64,000 nt of DNA from Blastocatellia bacterium (GCA_035429885.1 DAOMFR010000005.1:12068-76067), one strand, 5' to 3'. Positions 8,642 to 18,718 are shown, numbered from the stretch's first letter. Numbers and translations: made by a program. Notes: a model not told the origin generated them from the letters alone.

Positions 8642-10423
8642 CTATCGCTCCCGGTTCCGTACCTCCAACACGCTGAATTTGCCAGCGCGAAACAACGGCA
8701 CAAATCGCGGATCGTAAGTGCCGCGCGCAATCACATAATTGCATCGCCATTCGCCAGCCAATTCAAACAGATAAGCCGCGTCGGTCGAGTTGTTTGCATA
8801 ACCTTTTGCCGCTCGTTCTGCTATCTGTTTGTTTTGCAACGCTGTAAACGGCGCAGACCAAATCACACGCGGCAACGCTTCGCTGGCGGTTGAGCGCAGC
8901 GACAGGACTCTGAAGCCAATCTGGTCTGGCGGAGTGATAAACCGATCTGAGATTTGCGTGTTGGATTGAACCCACAATCTCACGGCACGCCAATCCGCTT
9001 CCAGCCAGCGTTCGTTGTATTGGTACCGATAAATGGACGCCGCTGTCAGGCAATAAAGCATTAGCCCCACAGCCATCGGTACCTGCCAACTTTTCAGTTT
9101 CGGCACGAACAGTGCTGCCAAACAAATTACGCCTGGCAATAAAAGAACAGGGGACCGCAGCGAACCGACAGGCTGTCTGGTTCCAAGTGCCCAAGTCACG
9201 AAGATCGCAATCACAGAGAAAGTCAAAATTGCCTGAATGGAAAATGCTAACGTGACGCTGGAGTCATCGCGCTTTAGCAGCCTTGCCAAGAACCATTCAG
9301 CGATGAAGTAAGCAAAGCCAAGAAAGGCAAACCCTGGTGCAAGGATTGAATTCAGCACCGTCAACACCAACACTGAGGCCAACAGGATTCCAGCCAGCCG
9401 GGAAGATTTCTTAAAGGCTTCGACCGTTGCGGCGGCGATCAGCAAAAAGCAAAACAGTGTCACCCAAAAAAACACGCGCATCGGTTGAAATAGCATCGGC
9501 TTCATCGCTCGGCTAAACACCGCTGCCAGCGAAAGCAGCAAGCCAATCACAGAGCCGCAAATTGCTGCGCGTCGCAGCAATCCAAATCCGGCGTCATCGT
9601 TCAAAAACCGATTGAACGCCATCAGAGCCAGCCCCAAGACCGATACAAAGCTAAACCAATCTATCAAGCCATGTCTGAACAGCGAGATGTGACCGGTGTT
9701 ACCGTTGGTCGAAAGAAATAACTGCCATTCCTCGGCGCTCATTGCCGCCGGAGCCATCATCAGCAAATAAATTGCGCAACAGGCAACGAACAGGCCTCCG
9801 CCCAGCAGAAAGCCTTTGTCGAACTTGCGTTGCCACAGCAGCATTGGCACAAAGCACAGCACGAATTGCAGCCCTACAATCACGTGAACCAACACCATCA
9901 ATCCAGCCAGCAACCAGAACAAAAAGATTCGCTCGCGGAGCAAACAGGCAATTGCGAACAAACCCATTACCAAGGCGACTTCGTTATGCGTAATGATCGG
10001 CATAAACAGCGTCACGCTGCCCAACAACGAAGCTTTCTGGTGACAGCTCCACGCGGCAAACACGACGAACAGCCAGACGCTGTTTTTCAACGACCGGCAA
10101 ACTGCTGCGATCCCCGCAACTAACAAAATCTTTGAGGTGACGAATAGAGCATAGGCGACAGATTCCGTTTGCTGAGGTTGAAGGTTCAGTAGTTTCATCG
10201 CGGAGGCCAGCGCCAGATAAAAACCGCTTTTCAGTTTGCCCATCGCCGCAACAATTGCGTCATTTTGAAAAAGCTGAGGATCAACGATCTGCAATGTTGC
10301 AGGCAATTGATCTCCGCTGTTCAGGTAATCCAACAGAAACGGGCTGCCAAAGACGGCAAATGCTGCCAACGCCAAACCGGAAATCAGCCACACGGGTTTT
10401 GAGAAATTGTCTGTATTCGTCAT
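8642..10423 (-). CDS. Polytopic inner-membrane protein, possible glycan polymerase/ligase
   Basis: 593 aa with at least 10 hydrophobic helices and a C-terminal soluble domain. Its ATG directly abuts the stop of the upstream GT2 gene. No diagnostic motif was found. Confidence 0.6.
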   Translation of the reverse strand: MTNTDNFSKPVWLISGLALAAFAVFGSPFLLDYLNSGDQLPATLQIVDPQLFQNDAIVAAMGKLKSGFYLALASAMKLLNLQPQQTESVAYALFVTSKILLVAGIAAVCRSLKNSVWLFVVFAAWSCHQKASLLGSVTLFMPIITHNEVALVMGLFAIACLLRERIFLFWLLAGLMVLVHVIVGLQFVLCFVPMLLWQRKFDKGFLLGGGLFVACCAIYLLMMAPAAMSAEEWQLFLSTNGNTGHISLFRHGLIDWFSFVSVLGLALMAFNRFLNDDAGFGLLRRAAICGSVIGLLLSLAAVFSRAMKPMLFQPMRVFFWVTLFCFLLIAAATVEAFKKSSRLAGILLASVLVLTVLNSILAPGFAFLGFAYFIAEWFLARLLKRDDSSVTLAFSIQAILTFSVIAIFVTWALGTRQPVGSLRSPVLLLPGVICLAALFVPKLKSWQVPMAVGLMLYCLTAASIYRYQYNERWLEADWRAVRLWVQSNTQISDRFITPPDQIGFRVLSLRSTASEALPRVIWSAPFTALQNKQIAERAAKGYANNSTDAAYLFELAGEWRCNYVIARGTYDPRFVPLFRAGKFSVLEVRNRER

Positions 10424-11311
10424 TTACCGTTTTTGATCGAATTCTGCGAAGCTGCCTGATTTCGGCGAACGTTTGGCTCGCCAGGGAACGCTGACCAGTC
10501 CTGTATTCCAGGTGAAGTTTTCATACACGTAACGCGCCGCGACCAATGGAGCCGCCAGCAGGCTGCGGACTATCAACCACAAATATTTGCCAACGCCCAG
10601 CGGAGCGCGTCCGGTGATTCGATACAGTGAAATTTGCTGGCGGATTTCCCGCATCAATCGTTCGCTTTGTCCGTACTTGCGCGTGTACATCCAAACGGCC
10701 TCAGAACAACAACGGGTTTTCCAGCCTCTGGCCAGCACGTGCGAAGCCCACAATTTGTCTTCGTTCGATTCCAGTTGTTCGTCGTATTTCACTTCTTCCC
10801 AAACTGAGCGACGAATGACGCAACAACCTCCGGTCGGATATTCGCCAACCCAGGCTGTGCCAGCTTCGGCTTTGTGTTGTTCTTCGGCGGAAGCGTAGTG
10901 AATGTCTTTCGGCTGATACCAGGTTTGAAGCTGGCGCGGGCTGGTGACCAGCAAACAACGAGCGGCGGCAACTTGCGGATCGTTGAATGGTTCAACCGCC
11001 GCATTCAGAAAGTACGAACCAATCGGCAACGCGTGCGCGCTGAGCAGCATGACCAGTTCGCCTTTAGCCGCAGCGACTCCGAAGTTGATGGCCCGGCCGT
11101 AACTGAATTCCTGGCGGCTGATTGGCACGATGCGCGCGCCGAACTCTTCGGCGATCTTTCGTGTATCGTCCTCGGATTCGTTGTCTACTAGCACGATTTC
11201 CCAGTCGAAATCGCATCGTTGTGCTTTGAGTGCAGCCAGCACATTGCGAAGACTGTTGGCTTCGTTGCGGCAACGAATGACGATAGAAAGCCTGGGCGTT
11301 GGATTACTCAT
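10424..11311 (-). CDS. Glycosyltransferase family 2
   Basis: LSIVIRCRNEANSLRNVLAALKAQ followed by a VDNESEDDT (DXD-like) region, typical of the GT-A/GT2 fold. Its start overlaps the neuC stop by 8 nt. Confidence 0.8.
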   Translation of the reverse strand: MSNPTPRLSIVIRCRNEANSLRNVLAALKAQRCDFDWEIVLVDNESEDDTRKIAEEFGARIVPISRQEFSYGRAINFGVAAAKGELVMLLSAHALPIGSYFLNAAVEPFNDPQVAAARCLLVTSPRQLQTWYQPKDIHYASAEEQHKAEAGTAWVGEYPTGGCCVIRRSVWEEVKYDEQLESNEDKLWASHVLARGWKTRCCSEAVWMYTRKYGQSERLMREIRQQISLYRITGRAPLGVGKYLWLIVRSLLAAPLVAARYVYENFTWNTGLVSVPWRAKRSPKSGSFAEFDQKR

Positions 11312-12461
11312 AAACGTAATGCAGCCGTTTTTGAATATACGGTTTCAGTTCGCACAATCCTTGTGCGATGCGCTCGGAAACATAACCATCGCCGTACAAT
11401 TTGCTGGGCGCGTAACGCCCATGCTCAAGCTGCGCTTGGGCGACGGCAAAAACAGCGTCAGGCGTCGGAGCGACTCGTGTAACGTGTGCGTCAGTTTCGC
11501 GACCTTCCTGTCGGTTGCCGACCAGCGCGACCGGAGTTCCGAAGTATCCCGCATCGCGCACAAAGCTGGACGAATTCCCAATCGCGCAGGCCGTATTGGC
11601 CAATACCTTCAGATAATTTTCCGGCGACAGGTTCGTCAGGTTTCTCAGCCAGGTGGGTTGATGATTGACGCGAAAACTGCGAATCGCTTTGCTGATGTGG
11701 TCTGAACCTGCGTCTATGTTTGGCCACAACAACACGGTTTGCATTGCCAGACGCCGCAACGCTTCGAGCACGGCTTCCATTTGTCCGCGCTCGCCTCCGA
11801 ATTCAGTCGTTGTCGGGTGAAACAACACCAGCAGGAAAGGATTGTTCACATCAATCGGCGAACCTCCTCCGCCAGTGTTGACGATTTCCGATGACAAACT
11901 GCGATCAAAAGTGCGCGCGATGTCCGACGAAGGGCAGCCCACAGCCAGAATCGTGTCTGGGCGTTCGCCCATTCGCACCAGGTAATCGGCGGAACGTTGC
12001 GTGCTGGGAAAATGGAAGTGCGCGAATTTGCTGATGGCATGGCGCGCGCTTTCATCAATTGAGCCAGAAACCTCGCCGCCCTGAATGTGCGCGATACAGA
12101 TATTCATGTACGCTGCGGCAATCGCCGCTGCCAGCATTTCGTAACGGTCGCCGATCAATAGAACGACGTCGGGTTTCAACCGCTGGAATTCGCTGGCGAA
12201 TTCGACGACGCCAAAGCCAACCGATTTGGCCATCGTTGCCGGAGTCGAACCTTCCAGTTCCAGATAAATTTCGCCGCTCACGTCAAATCCATCCTGACGA
12301 ACGACGTTGACCGGTTGATCGAATCGTTCCAGCACCATCGTTCCGGCAGCGATGATTTGCAGTTCCAGTTCTGGCCGTTGGCTGATGGCTTTCATCACGG
12401 GTTTGATGCGGCCGTAATTGGCGCGGTCAACCAGCACCACGCAGATTTTTCGTTTACTCAA
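11304..12461 (-). CDS. neuC: UDP-N-acetylglucosamine 2-epimerase (hydrolysing)
   Basis: KICVVLVDRANYGRIKPVMKAI...DVVLLIGDRYEMLAAAIAAAYMNICIAHIQGGEVSGSIDE matches NeuC-type hydrolysing epimerases. The track ORF starts at ATG 12497 (a 44-nt overlap with neuB). A TTG at 12461 is preceded by GGAGG plus a 6-nt spacer and leaves the typical 8-nt overlap, so it is the preferred start. Confidence 0.85.
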   Translation of the reverse strand: MSKRKICVVLVDRANYGRIKPVMKAISQRPELELQIIAAGTMVLERFDQPVNVVRQDGFDVSGEIYLELEGSTPATMAKSVGFGVVEFASEFQRLKPDVVLLIGDRYEMLAAAIAAAYMNICIAHIQGGEVSGSIDESARHAISKFAHFHFPSTQRSADYLVRMGERPDTILAVGCPSSDIARTFDRSLSSEIVNTGGGGSPIDVNNPFLLVLFHPTTTEFGGERGQMEAVLEALRRLAMQTVLLWPNIDAGSDHISKAIRSFRVNHQPTWLRNLTNLSPENYLKVLANTACAIGNSSSFVRDAGYFGTPVALVGNRQEGRETDAHVTRVAPTPDAVFAVAQAQLEHGRYAPSKLYGDGYVSERIAQGLCELKPYIQKRLHYVYE

Positions 12462-13482
12462 AATCTTCCTCCGAAAACAAAGTGTTGGCAGCGACATCGC
12501 GGCAGAGCTGGCGATTCAGGACTTCGCGGTACTGCGCGGCGGGAATTCCTGTGCCGGGTTTTTTGAACGCCAGATCACTGATCGTCAGTTGATGACCGGC
12601 TTTTAGGTCGTGTGCCGCGACTACGCTTTTGCCGAAAACTTGCCGCAACTCGGTGAAGGTTTCGGCCATCACTTGTTTATCCACAGGATTTCGCAAGGCG
12701 CGTTCGATGAAGCGGACTCCGGCAACCAGTTGTTTCAAACCTTTGATCGTTAATGAAGCAGGAACATCCGGGCCGAATCCCTGGCGGGAAAAGGTGATGT
12801 GAACTTCGATAAGGTTGGCTCCCAGCGTCGCCGCGCCGATTCCGGCGTAAATCGTTCCTGAATGATCGGACAAGCCTACGGGGCAGTTGTATCGTTGCCG
12901 CAATTCGGCGATCACGTTCAAGCCCAGCTTTTCCGGCGGGCATGGGTACGCCGTTGTGCATTGCAGCACGGCGACTGCAGCGCCATTTTCGCGAACGCAT
13001 TTGACCGCCGCGTCCAGTTCTTCCCAACCGGACATGCCGCTCGACAAAATCACTGGCTTGCCGGTCGCAGCCATCTTTTCCAGCAAGGGAAGGTTTGACG
13101 TTTCGCCCGCCCCGACTTTCCAGGCTGGAACACCAACGCGTTCCAGCAAGTCCACGGCTTCGAACGAAAACGCCGACGATAAAAAAATCAATCCACGTTC
13201 GGCGGCGTGCGCGGCTAGGCCGAACCATTGTTCTTCGGTGAATTCCATGCGCCGCCAGTAATCGAATCGAGTCGCATCCTGGCGGCTGAACTTCACGCGC
13301 CAGGGTTCGCCCGGAGTGCTTTCGGCAGAGGCTATGTGTGTCTGAAATTTGATTGCGTCGGCTCCGGCGGAGGCCGCTGCGTCAATGTACGCGTGCGCTG
13401 TTCCCAGGCTACCGTCATGCGCCTGAGCCACTTCAGCAACAATCAAACAGTTTCTGTTATTGTCTGAAAACCAATCTTGCAA
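12454..13482 (-). CDS. neuB: N-acetylneuraminate (sialic acid) synthase
   Basis: 342 aa. The NeuB TIM-barrel region (LIVAEVAQAHDGSLGTAHAYIDAAASAGADAIKFQT) and the C-terminal SAF/antifreeze-like domain are both present. Confidence 0.9.
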   Translation of the reverse strand: MQDWFSDNNRNCLIVAEVAQAHDGSLGTAHAYIDAAASAGADAIKFQTHIASAESTPGEPWRVKFSRQDATRFDYWRRMEFTEEQWFGLAAHAAERGLIFLSSAFSFEAVDLLERVGVPAWKVGAGETSNLPLLEKMAATGKPVILSSGMSGWEELDAAVKCVRENGAAVAVLQCTTAYPCPPEKLGLNVIAELRQRYNCPVGLSDHSGTIYAGIGAATLGANLIEVHITFSRQGFGPDVPASLTIKGLKQLVAGVRFIERALRNPVDKQVMAETFTELRQVFGKSVVAAHDLKAGHQLTISDLAFKKPGTGIPAAQYREVLNRQLCRDVAANTLFSEEDFE

Positions 13483-13500
13483 TTCGGAACTCCCGGCAAG

Positions 13501-14352
13501 TTATGAGGTCAGAGGCCTTCGTTGCAGCAAGTAACAAATCGTCAGCATCAACCGCGCTTTACTGCCAACCGCGTGTTTGTGATAGCAGGTCAGATCTTCA
13601 AAAAATCCTGTGCCGCGTTGGCCAGTAATAACTTTGATCTGGTCGCCGAATTCGGCTTGGGCTTTGCGGTCGTGCAGGTAACGCGACAGCAATCGTAGCG
13701 GCGTTTTTTGCCGATGCGATCCGCGAATCACCACGTGCGGGCCGCTATTTTCGTCTACATCCGTCAGGTAAATGAACACGATCAAGGTTTTGAAATCGCC
13801 TACGTCGTAATGAAACTTTGATTTCAGAATCAGCGCTTGCTGAAGCTGTTCGTCGCTTTGTGGTGGCCAAGTCCAATACAGGCTGGAACTGTACAGAACC
13901 GGCTCGGCTCCAAAAAAACCTTTGACGACTTCCAGCAATTTTGGATCGTGTGCAATGTCGCGAACGGGCTGGCAATGAAGATGTGGATTGGCATACGCGT
14001 CTCGCTGACCGCAGAAGTCCACAATTTCATTCACTTGGGTTTCCGGCAATTGAATGCCCGGCGCATATCCTTCCTGGTTCAAACAGTCGAGGGCTTTCTG
14101 AGCGTCGAGTTTGGTGAACAGAGAATCCTGATTGCGAGCCAGCGCCGGATTCTGGTTTCGACGCTGGTGGTATTTGATAAAGAACTTTTGCCAAGGCCCC
14201 AACCACCAGACTGCGCGCACTGCACGAACCAGTCGGACGATTTGCGGCTGCCGTTTCAAGCTTTGTTGTAACTTCAGCAACACGGGGAGTCGCGGAAAGA
14301 GAATCATCGGAAGCCATTTGGAGCTAACGGAAAGCAGTTCGCTGAAAGGCAT
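13501..14352 (-). CDS. Fe(II)/2-oxoglutarate dioxygenase-like protein (phytanoyl-CoA dioxygenase family, putative)
   Basis: 283 aa with an HYD ... GPHVVIRGSH arrangement consistent with the HxD...H facial triad of PhyH-like oxygenases. Its start shares a nucleotide with the wzm stop (ATGA overlap). Confidence 0.45.
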   Translation of the reverse strand: MPFSELLSVSSKWLPMILFPRLPVLLKLQQSLKRQPQIVRLVRAVRAVWWLGPWQKFFIKYHQRRNQNPALARNQDSLFTKLDAQKALDCLNQEGYAPGIQLPETQVNEIVDFCGQRDAYANPHLHCQPVRDIAHDPKLLEVVKGFFGAEPVLYSSSLYWTWPPQSDEQLQQALILKSKFHYDVGDFKTLIVFIYLTDVDENSGPHVVIRGSHRQKTPLRLLSRYLHDRKAQAEFGDQIKVITGQRGTGFFEDLTCYHKHAVGSKARLMLTICYLLQRRPLTS

Positions 14353-15206
14353 TACACAATGTCAGCGAAGGTTTTTTCCATTCGCCGAAAGTAAAACGCT
14401 CCGCCGGCCAAAATCAGCACAGCCATCAGCGAAGAAACAATCAACAATGGGCCAACCGTGATCTTTGATCCCAACAGCGCCCAGCGGAATCCTTCGACGA
14501 CGCCAGCCATCGGGTTCAATCCGTAAACCGTTCTCCAGGGTTCGTTCAGCAAACTGCTGGGATAGGCAATCGGTGTCGCCAGCATCCAGAATTGTGCGAT
14601 GAACGGGACGATGTACCGCACGTCTCGGTATTGGACGTTCAGCGCCGACAGCCACAATCCCACGCCCAGCGAAGTGACCAGTGCGAGCAGCAGAAACAGT
14701 GGCAGCCAGACAATTTGCCACGTCGGTGTCACTCCGTAATAAAGCATCATCACCAGCAGCAACACGAACGCCAACACCAAATCCACAATACCGGAAAGCA
14801 CCGTTGCCAGCGGAATCGTCAGGCGAGGGAAGTACACTTTGCTGAGCAAGTTGGAACTGCCCACTAGGCTGTTTGAAGAATTTGTCAGCCCGTTGGAAAA
14901 GAACGTCCACGGAACCAGCGCCGCGTAACAAAATACCGGATAAGGAATTCCATCCGACGGAATCTTGGCCAGACCGCGAATGAAGGTGAACACCAACATT
15001 GTGAAAAACGGTTGGATAATGGCCCAGGCGACGCCCAGCGCCGTTTGTTTGTATCGGACCTTGATGTCGCGCCAAGTCAGGAAATACAGCAATTCGCGGT
15101 AATCCCAGAGTTCTTTCAGTCGCAACGCCACCCAGCCTCGCGAAGCCTGGATACGGAACACAGGCAATTTTTCTATCTCAGGGGCTTGTTCAGTATTTGT
15201 TTTCAC
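14352..15206 (-). CDS. wzm: Polysaccharide ABC exporter permease (ABC-2 family)
   Basis: 284 aa with six predicted helices and the N-terminal LWDYRELLYFLTWRDIKVRYKQTALGVAWAI signature of Wzm/KpsM/TagG permeases. It is the first gene of the operon and uses a GTG start. Confidence 0.85.
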   Translation of the reverse strand: MKTNTEQAPEIEKLPVFRIQASRGWVALRLKELWDYRELLYFLTWRDIKVRYKQTALGVAWAIIQPFFTMLVFTFIRGLAKIPSDGIPYPVFCYAALVPWTFFSNGLTNSSNSLVGSSNLLSKVYFPRLTIPLATVLSGIVDLVLAFVLLLVMMLYYGVTPTWQIVWLPLFLLLALVTSLGVGLWLSALNVQYRDVRYIVPFIAQFWMLATPIAYPSSLLNEPWRTVYGLNPMAGVVEGFRWALLGSKITVGPLLIVSSLMAVLILAGGAFYFRRMEKTFADIV

Positions 15207-15620
15207 GTGGTTTAATGGTTCAGTAGATTGCAGTTTGTTCCGGCGTCGGGCTGAAGGGACACTTCTCCCCGAAGAGCCAGACCTTGTCAGGAAACCTCAT
15301 GCCGAGGCAGCACCATGAATATTCAATAGACCAATACTGCTAGGGAATTTTTGGAGAGAATAGCAAACTCGACATTTCTTGTAATTACGACTGACCGGGT
15401 CGTCAGATGGGGGTGGAAGGTTCGACTCTCTGTGAGAAGACTGAGAATCAGATTTGCTCGGGGCTAACTTCGAACTATTTACCTCGTCGGAAGCGAAGCG
15501 GGATTATACATGCGGACTTTTGGCTGTAAACCATTTTTTTAATCTTTGTAATTTCTTGGGACGTAAGGCAATGAACGTAGAGATACAAAATTTTGCGTCT
15601 CTACGTGGTTCAGGAACGGT
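15207..15620 (-). promoter_or_regulatory. Intergenic leader/promoter region of the ~15-kb glycan operon
   Basis: A 414-bp AT-richer non-coding stretch lies between the STK stop and the wzm start. It contains a hairpin (acgtagaga...tctctacgt, about 15571-15610) just 3' of the STK gene. No sigma-54 or ops/JUMPstart motif was recognised. Confidence 0.35.
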
Positions 15621-18600
15621 TCACTCTTCCAGCAACTTCCCCGCGAACAGCTTCTGCCCGCCCAGCGACGTGTAAAACCCGTAACCGCTCAGTCCGAGTA
15701 TCACGAAAAGAGCAAAGAGCGAACTGCCCGCGTACCAATTCGACAGGTTCAGCGTGATCGGATATTGAAAACACAGAGCGAAGAACAAAAAGTAACTGAC
15801 GGTAGCCAGCAATCCGAAACGAGAAACCGTGATGATGACCGCCGCCGCTTCAATCGAATAGAGCAAGCCTTGCGGCCAGGAAGTCGTGAAGAACAATAGC
15901 AGGAAGGCGTAAAACAGCAGCCAGCCCGCCACCGCCGCGAGCCATTCCCGCCGCACCACCAGGTAAATCAGCAAGAGCATCAATAAAAATCCCAGTCCGT
16001 TAAAAATCGCTTCGGGCAAGCTGAGCAGGAAATGCGCGAAAAGGTGACGAGTTCCGCTGAGCGTCAGCGGGTTCAATTCGGTGGCAAGCCCAAGCCCACG
16101 ACCAAGGCGTAATGCAATCAAACGTCCAGCCCAAATAATCAATGGATGGCCGATCAGCCCGAGCATTCCGCCCAGCAACACGTCACGTCCCACCATCGAA
16201 TCGCGGAAATCACCTGCCAGCAATCGCGTCCACGAAATCAGCAGCTTCGGCCAGTTACGACGCACAGCGGGTTCCAGCGCCAAATAACAAAGCCATGACA
16301 ACATGGCGGTAAATAGCGAAGCGGTGGCCGAATCAAACAGGATTCGGAATTCGCTGTTGTTCGGCACGTGGTGCGCGCTGAGCAATTTACCGAAAAAGCC
16401 GAGCACAAAAATTACCAGTGCCAATTTGTAGGCACCTTTGCGGTCACCGCGTCCTTGTCGCAGGTTGCGTCGAGCCATCAGCAAGGCTCCGACAATCATT
16501 GCCGCAAAAATGATTGTCGCCAGAATGTTTCCGGCTTTTTGGCTGGCGGAAACCACTAGCGCTTCCTGCCGCCGCGCTTTGTCCCAAGGCGCGACGATGC
16601 GGAAATACACCGGTTGGCCGCGCCAGGAAGCGGCTTCGACGCGAATCGGAACGTCGGCATGATCAGGATGTTGGCCTTGCCAGGCGATTTGCTGATCGGC
16701 AAAACCGGGCGGAGTCCATTGCGGTGTAGTCGGGGAGAACCTCGCCAAATCCAGCCCGGCTTCGGCAAAAAGCGGTTTCCAGTCCGGCAGCACGGAATCC
16801 CCGTTGCTGGAAATTACCTGTGGCGAAACGGCCTGAAATTCCACCAGCCGTCCGCGCGGGTCTAAAATCATGCTGACCATACCCGGCGCATCCATCGGCG
16901 GATCGGCCAGCGACAGGTAACCGGAAAAATAGCGCCAGGCGGTCAGGTAACGCGGACTTTGGCGATACCAAAAATAGAGCGTTAGTGGCTGGCCGGTTTT
17001 GGTGCGTTGCCAATATCCCGCCGGAGCTTGCGTTTGGAAGGCGTACTCCCAAAAGTTTTGATCCAGATCGAAGCCGTGTGCGGCGTCTACCGGCGCGGTG
17101 TTGTAACCGAATTGGCGGCTCAAGGTTTGTGCTCGTTCGGCCAGCACTTCCGGCGATTTTTGCAGCGGTACATTTTCATGCAACAAAACGCGTTTGGCTG
17201 TCAGCAACAGAAACGTCAGTACCGCCAGTGTGGTCAGCAAACACGCGATGGCCACCGCCGGACGCAAGCTGCCAGTTTTCGGCGCGGCCGCGACCATTTC
17301 CGGCGAAGGCGTTTCTCCAGCAGCCAGCGCCGCTGCCAGCGGATCGTTGCCCGGCAACGCTGCGGCGACTTGAATTGCTGATGTAGGGCGTTCCGCCGGG
17401 TCTTTTGCCAGGCAGCGCAGGATCAGTTTTTCAACCTGCGGGTCAATTTCTTTGACGTGCAGCGAAGGATGGGTTGGCGCATTGCTTTCGTGCATGCGCC
17501 GCAATTCGTTTAAGGTGGCAGCCTCGAACACTCGCTTGCCGGTGAAAATTTCGTAAATCACCAACCCCAGCGCGTAAATGTCGCTTCGAGTTGTGACTTC
17601 TTTTCCCGCAAGCTGTTCCGGCGACATGTACGCCGGAGTTCCAGCCAAAACTTCCTGCCCGCGAAACTGTTCGGGCAGCCCGGCGAGGCCGAAATCGGTG
17701 ATGCGGACTTTGCCGCGTCCATCAATCATCACGTTCGCCGGTTTCAGATCGCGGTGCAAAATTCCAGCGTCGTGCGCAGCGGCCAGTCCGGCGCAAAGTT
17801 GATTCGCAATCTCGACGGCTTTGTCGGCAGGCAAACGTCCAATGCGGCGCAACAGCGAAGACAGGTCTTCGCCGTCAATGTATTCCATCGAAAGGAAATG
17901 CTGCGTGCCGGTTTCGGTCTGAATTTCGCCGATGTCGTGAACGCGGCACACGTTGGGATGAGAAACTTGCCGAGCCGTGCGGACCTCGCCCAGAAAGCGC
18001 GCCAGCATCGCTTTGTCGTTCGACAATTGCGGAGTCAGAAATTTCAGCGCAACCGATTGGCCAAGCTTCAAATCATCCGCGCGATACACTTCGCCCATGC
18101 CGCCTTTGCCCAATTGGCCTACGATGCGATAACGCCCAGCCAGCAAAGCGCCCGGCGCAAAGCGAGACTTTTCCAGAAATCCTGTCGGAGCCATTGCCAA
18201 TAGTTCAGCCGCATCGTGAATCGCAGCCTGAATCGCTTCGCCCGCCGCTTCCTGGTAAACCACCAAAGCTTCGACTTCCTGTCGCAGAGCTTCGTCGCCG
18301 TGGCAGGCTTCAGCCAAAAACGCTGCGCGTTGTTCCGGCGCGACATCCATCGCGGATTGAAACAGCCGCTCAATTTGCAGCCAGACATCTTGCGTCGCAG
18401 GCAATTGAGAGGTCAGCCGTGTTGTGAAACTGTCTACAGTTGGTTTGTCGGCTAAATTGCGCGTGGCTTGTTCGTGAAAACTGATCAGCGCTTCGACGCC
18501 CAGTCGCGTCGTCAAGTCTTCGGCGCAGGTTTGATGCAAAAAGGCTGTGCGTTGTTCCGCTGTCAGCGAATACGCCGAGTTCGTCAATTCTTTGATTTGT

Positions 18601-18662
18601 TGCCAGCGTTCAGGAGTCATAGCTTTTGGTTGTCGGTGGTCAGTTGCCGGTGGTTGGTTCAA
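15621..18662 (-). CDS. Membrane Ser/Thr protein kinase with duplicated N-terminal helical motif and polytopic C-terminal domain
   Basis: Two copies of an ~45-aa motif (PERWQQIKELTNSAYSLTAEQRTAFLHQTCAEDLTTRLGVEAL and QDVWLQIERLFQSAMDVAPEQRAAFLAEACHGDEALRQEVEAL) are followed by a Hanks kinase domain (GKGGMGEVYRA, HRDLKPANVM, DFG, APE). After one TM helix and a ~250-aa region come at least 7 further TM helices. The start is either TTG 18662 or, more likely by family pattern, ATG 18620 (MTPERWQQ). Confidence 0.88.
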   Translation of the reverse strand: MNQPPATDHRQPKAMTPERWQQIKELTNSAYSLTAEQRTAFLHQTCAEDLTTRLGVEALISFHEQATRNLADKPTVDSFTTRLTSQLPATQDVWLQIERLFQSAMDVAPEQRAAFLAEACHGDEALRQEVEALVVYQEAAGEAIQAAIHDAAELLAMAPTGFLEKSRFAPGALLAGRYRIVGQLGKGGMGEVYRADDLKLGQSVALKFLTPQLSNDKAMLARFLGEVRTARQVSHPNVCRVHDIGEIQTETGTQHFLSMEYIDGEDLSSLLRRIGRLPADKAVEIANQLCAGLAAAHDAGILHRDLKPANVMIDGRGKVRITDFGLAGLPEQFRGQEVLAGTPAYMSPEQLAGKEVTTRSDIYALGLVIYEIFTGKRVFEAATLNELRRMHESNAPTHPSLHVKEIDPQVEKLILRCLAKDPAERPTSAIQVAAALPGNDPLAAALAAGETPSPEMVAAAPKTGSLRPAVAIACLLTTLAVLTFLLLTAKRVLLHENVPLQKSPEVLAERAQTLSRQFGYNTAPVDAAHGFDLDQNFWEYAFQTQAPAGYWQRTKTGQPLTLYFWYRQSPRYLTAWRYFSGYLSLADPPMDAPGMVSMILDPRGRLVEFQAVSPQVISSNGDSVLPDWKPLFAEAGLDLARFSPTTPQWTPPGFADQQIAWQGQHPDHADVPIRVEAASWRGQPVYFRIVAPWDKARRQEALVVSASQKAGNILATIIFAAMIVGALLMARRNLRQGRGDRKGAYKLALVIFVLGFFGKLLSAHHVPNNSEFRILFDSATASLFTAMLSWLCYLALEPAVRRNWPKLLISWTRLLAGDFRDSMVGRDVLLGGMLGLIGHPLIIWAGRLIALRLGRGLGLATELNPLTLSGTRHLFAHFLLSLPEAIFNGLGFLLMLLLIYLVVRREWLAAVAGWLLFYAFLLLFFTTSWPQGLLYSIEAAAVIITVSRFGLLATVSYFLFFALCFQYPITLNLSNWYAGSSLFALFVILGLSGYGFYTSLGGQKLFAGKLLEE

Positions 18663-18718
18663 GTAGCATCGGTCTTCCTTTACAGAATACTGGCCACTGA
18701 CAACCGACCACAGACAAT

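Noticed and set aside
15410-15435. tRNA-like GGTTCGACTC T-loop motif in the operon leader
   Set aside because: No flanking acceptor, D or anticodon stems could be built, so it is not a tRNA.
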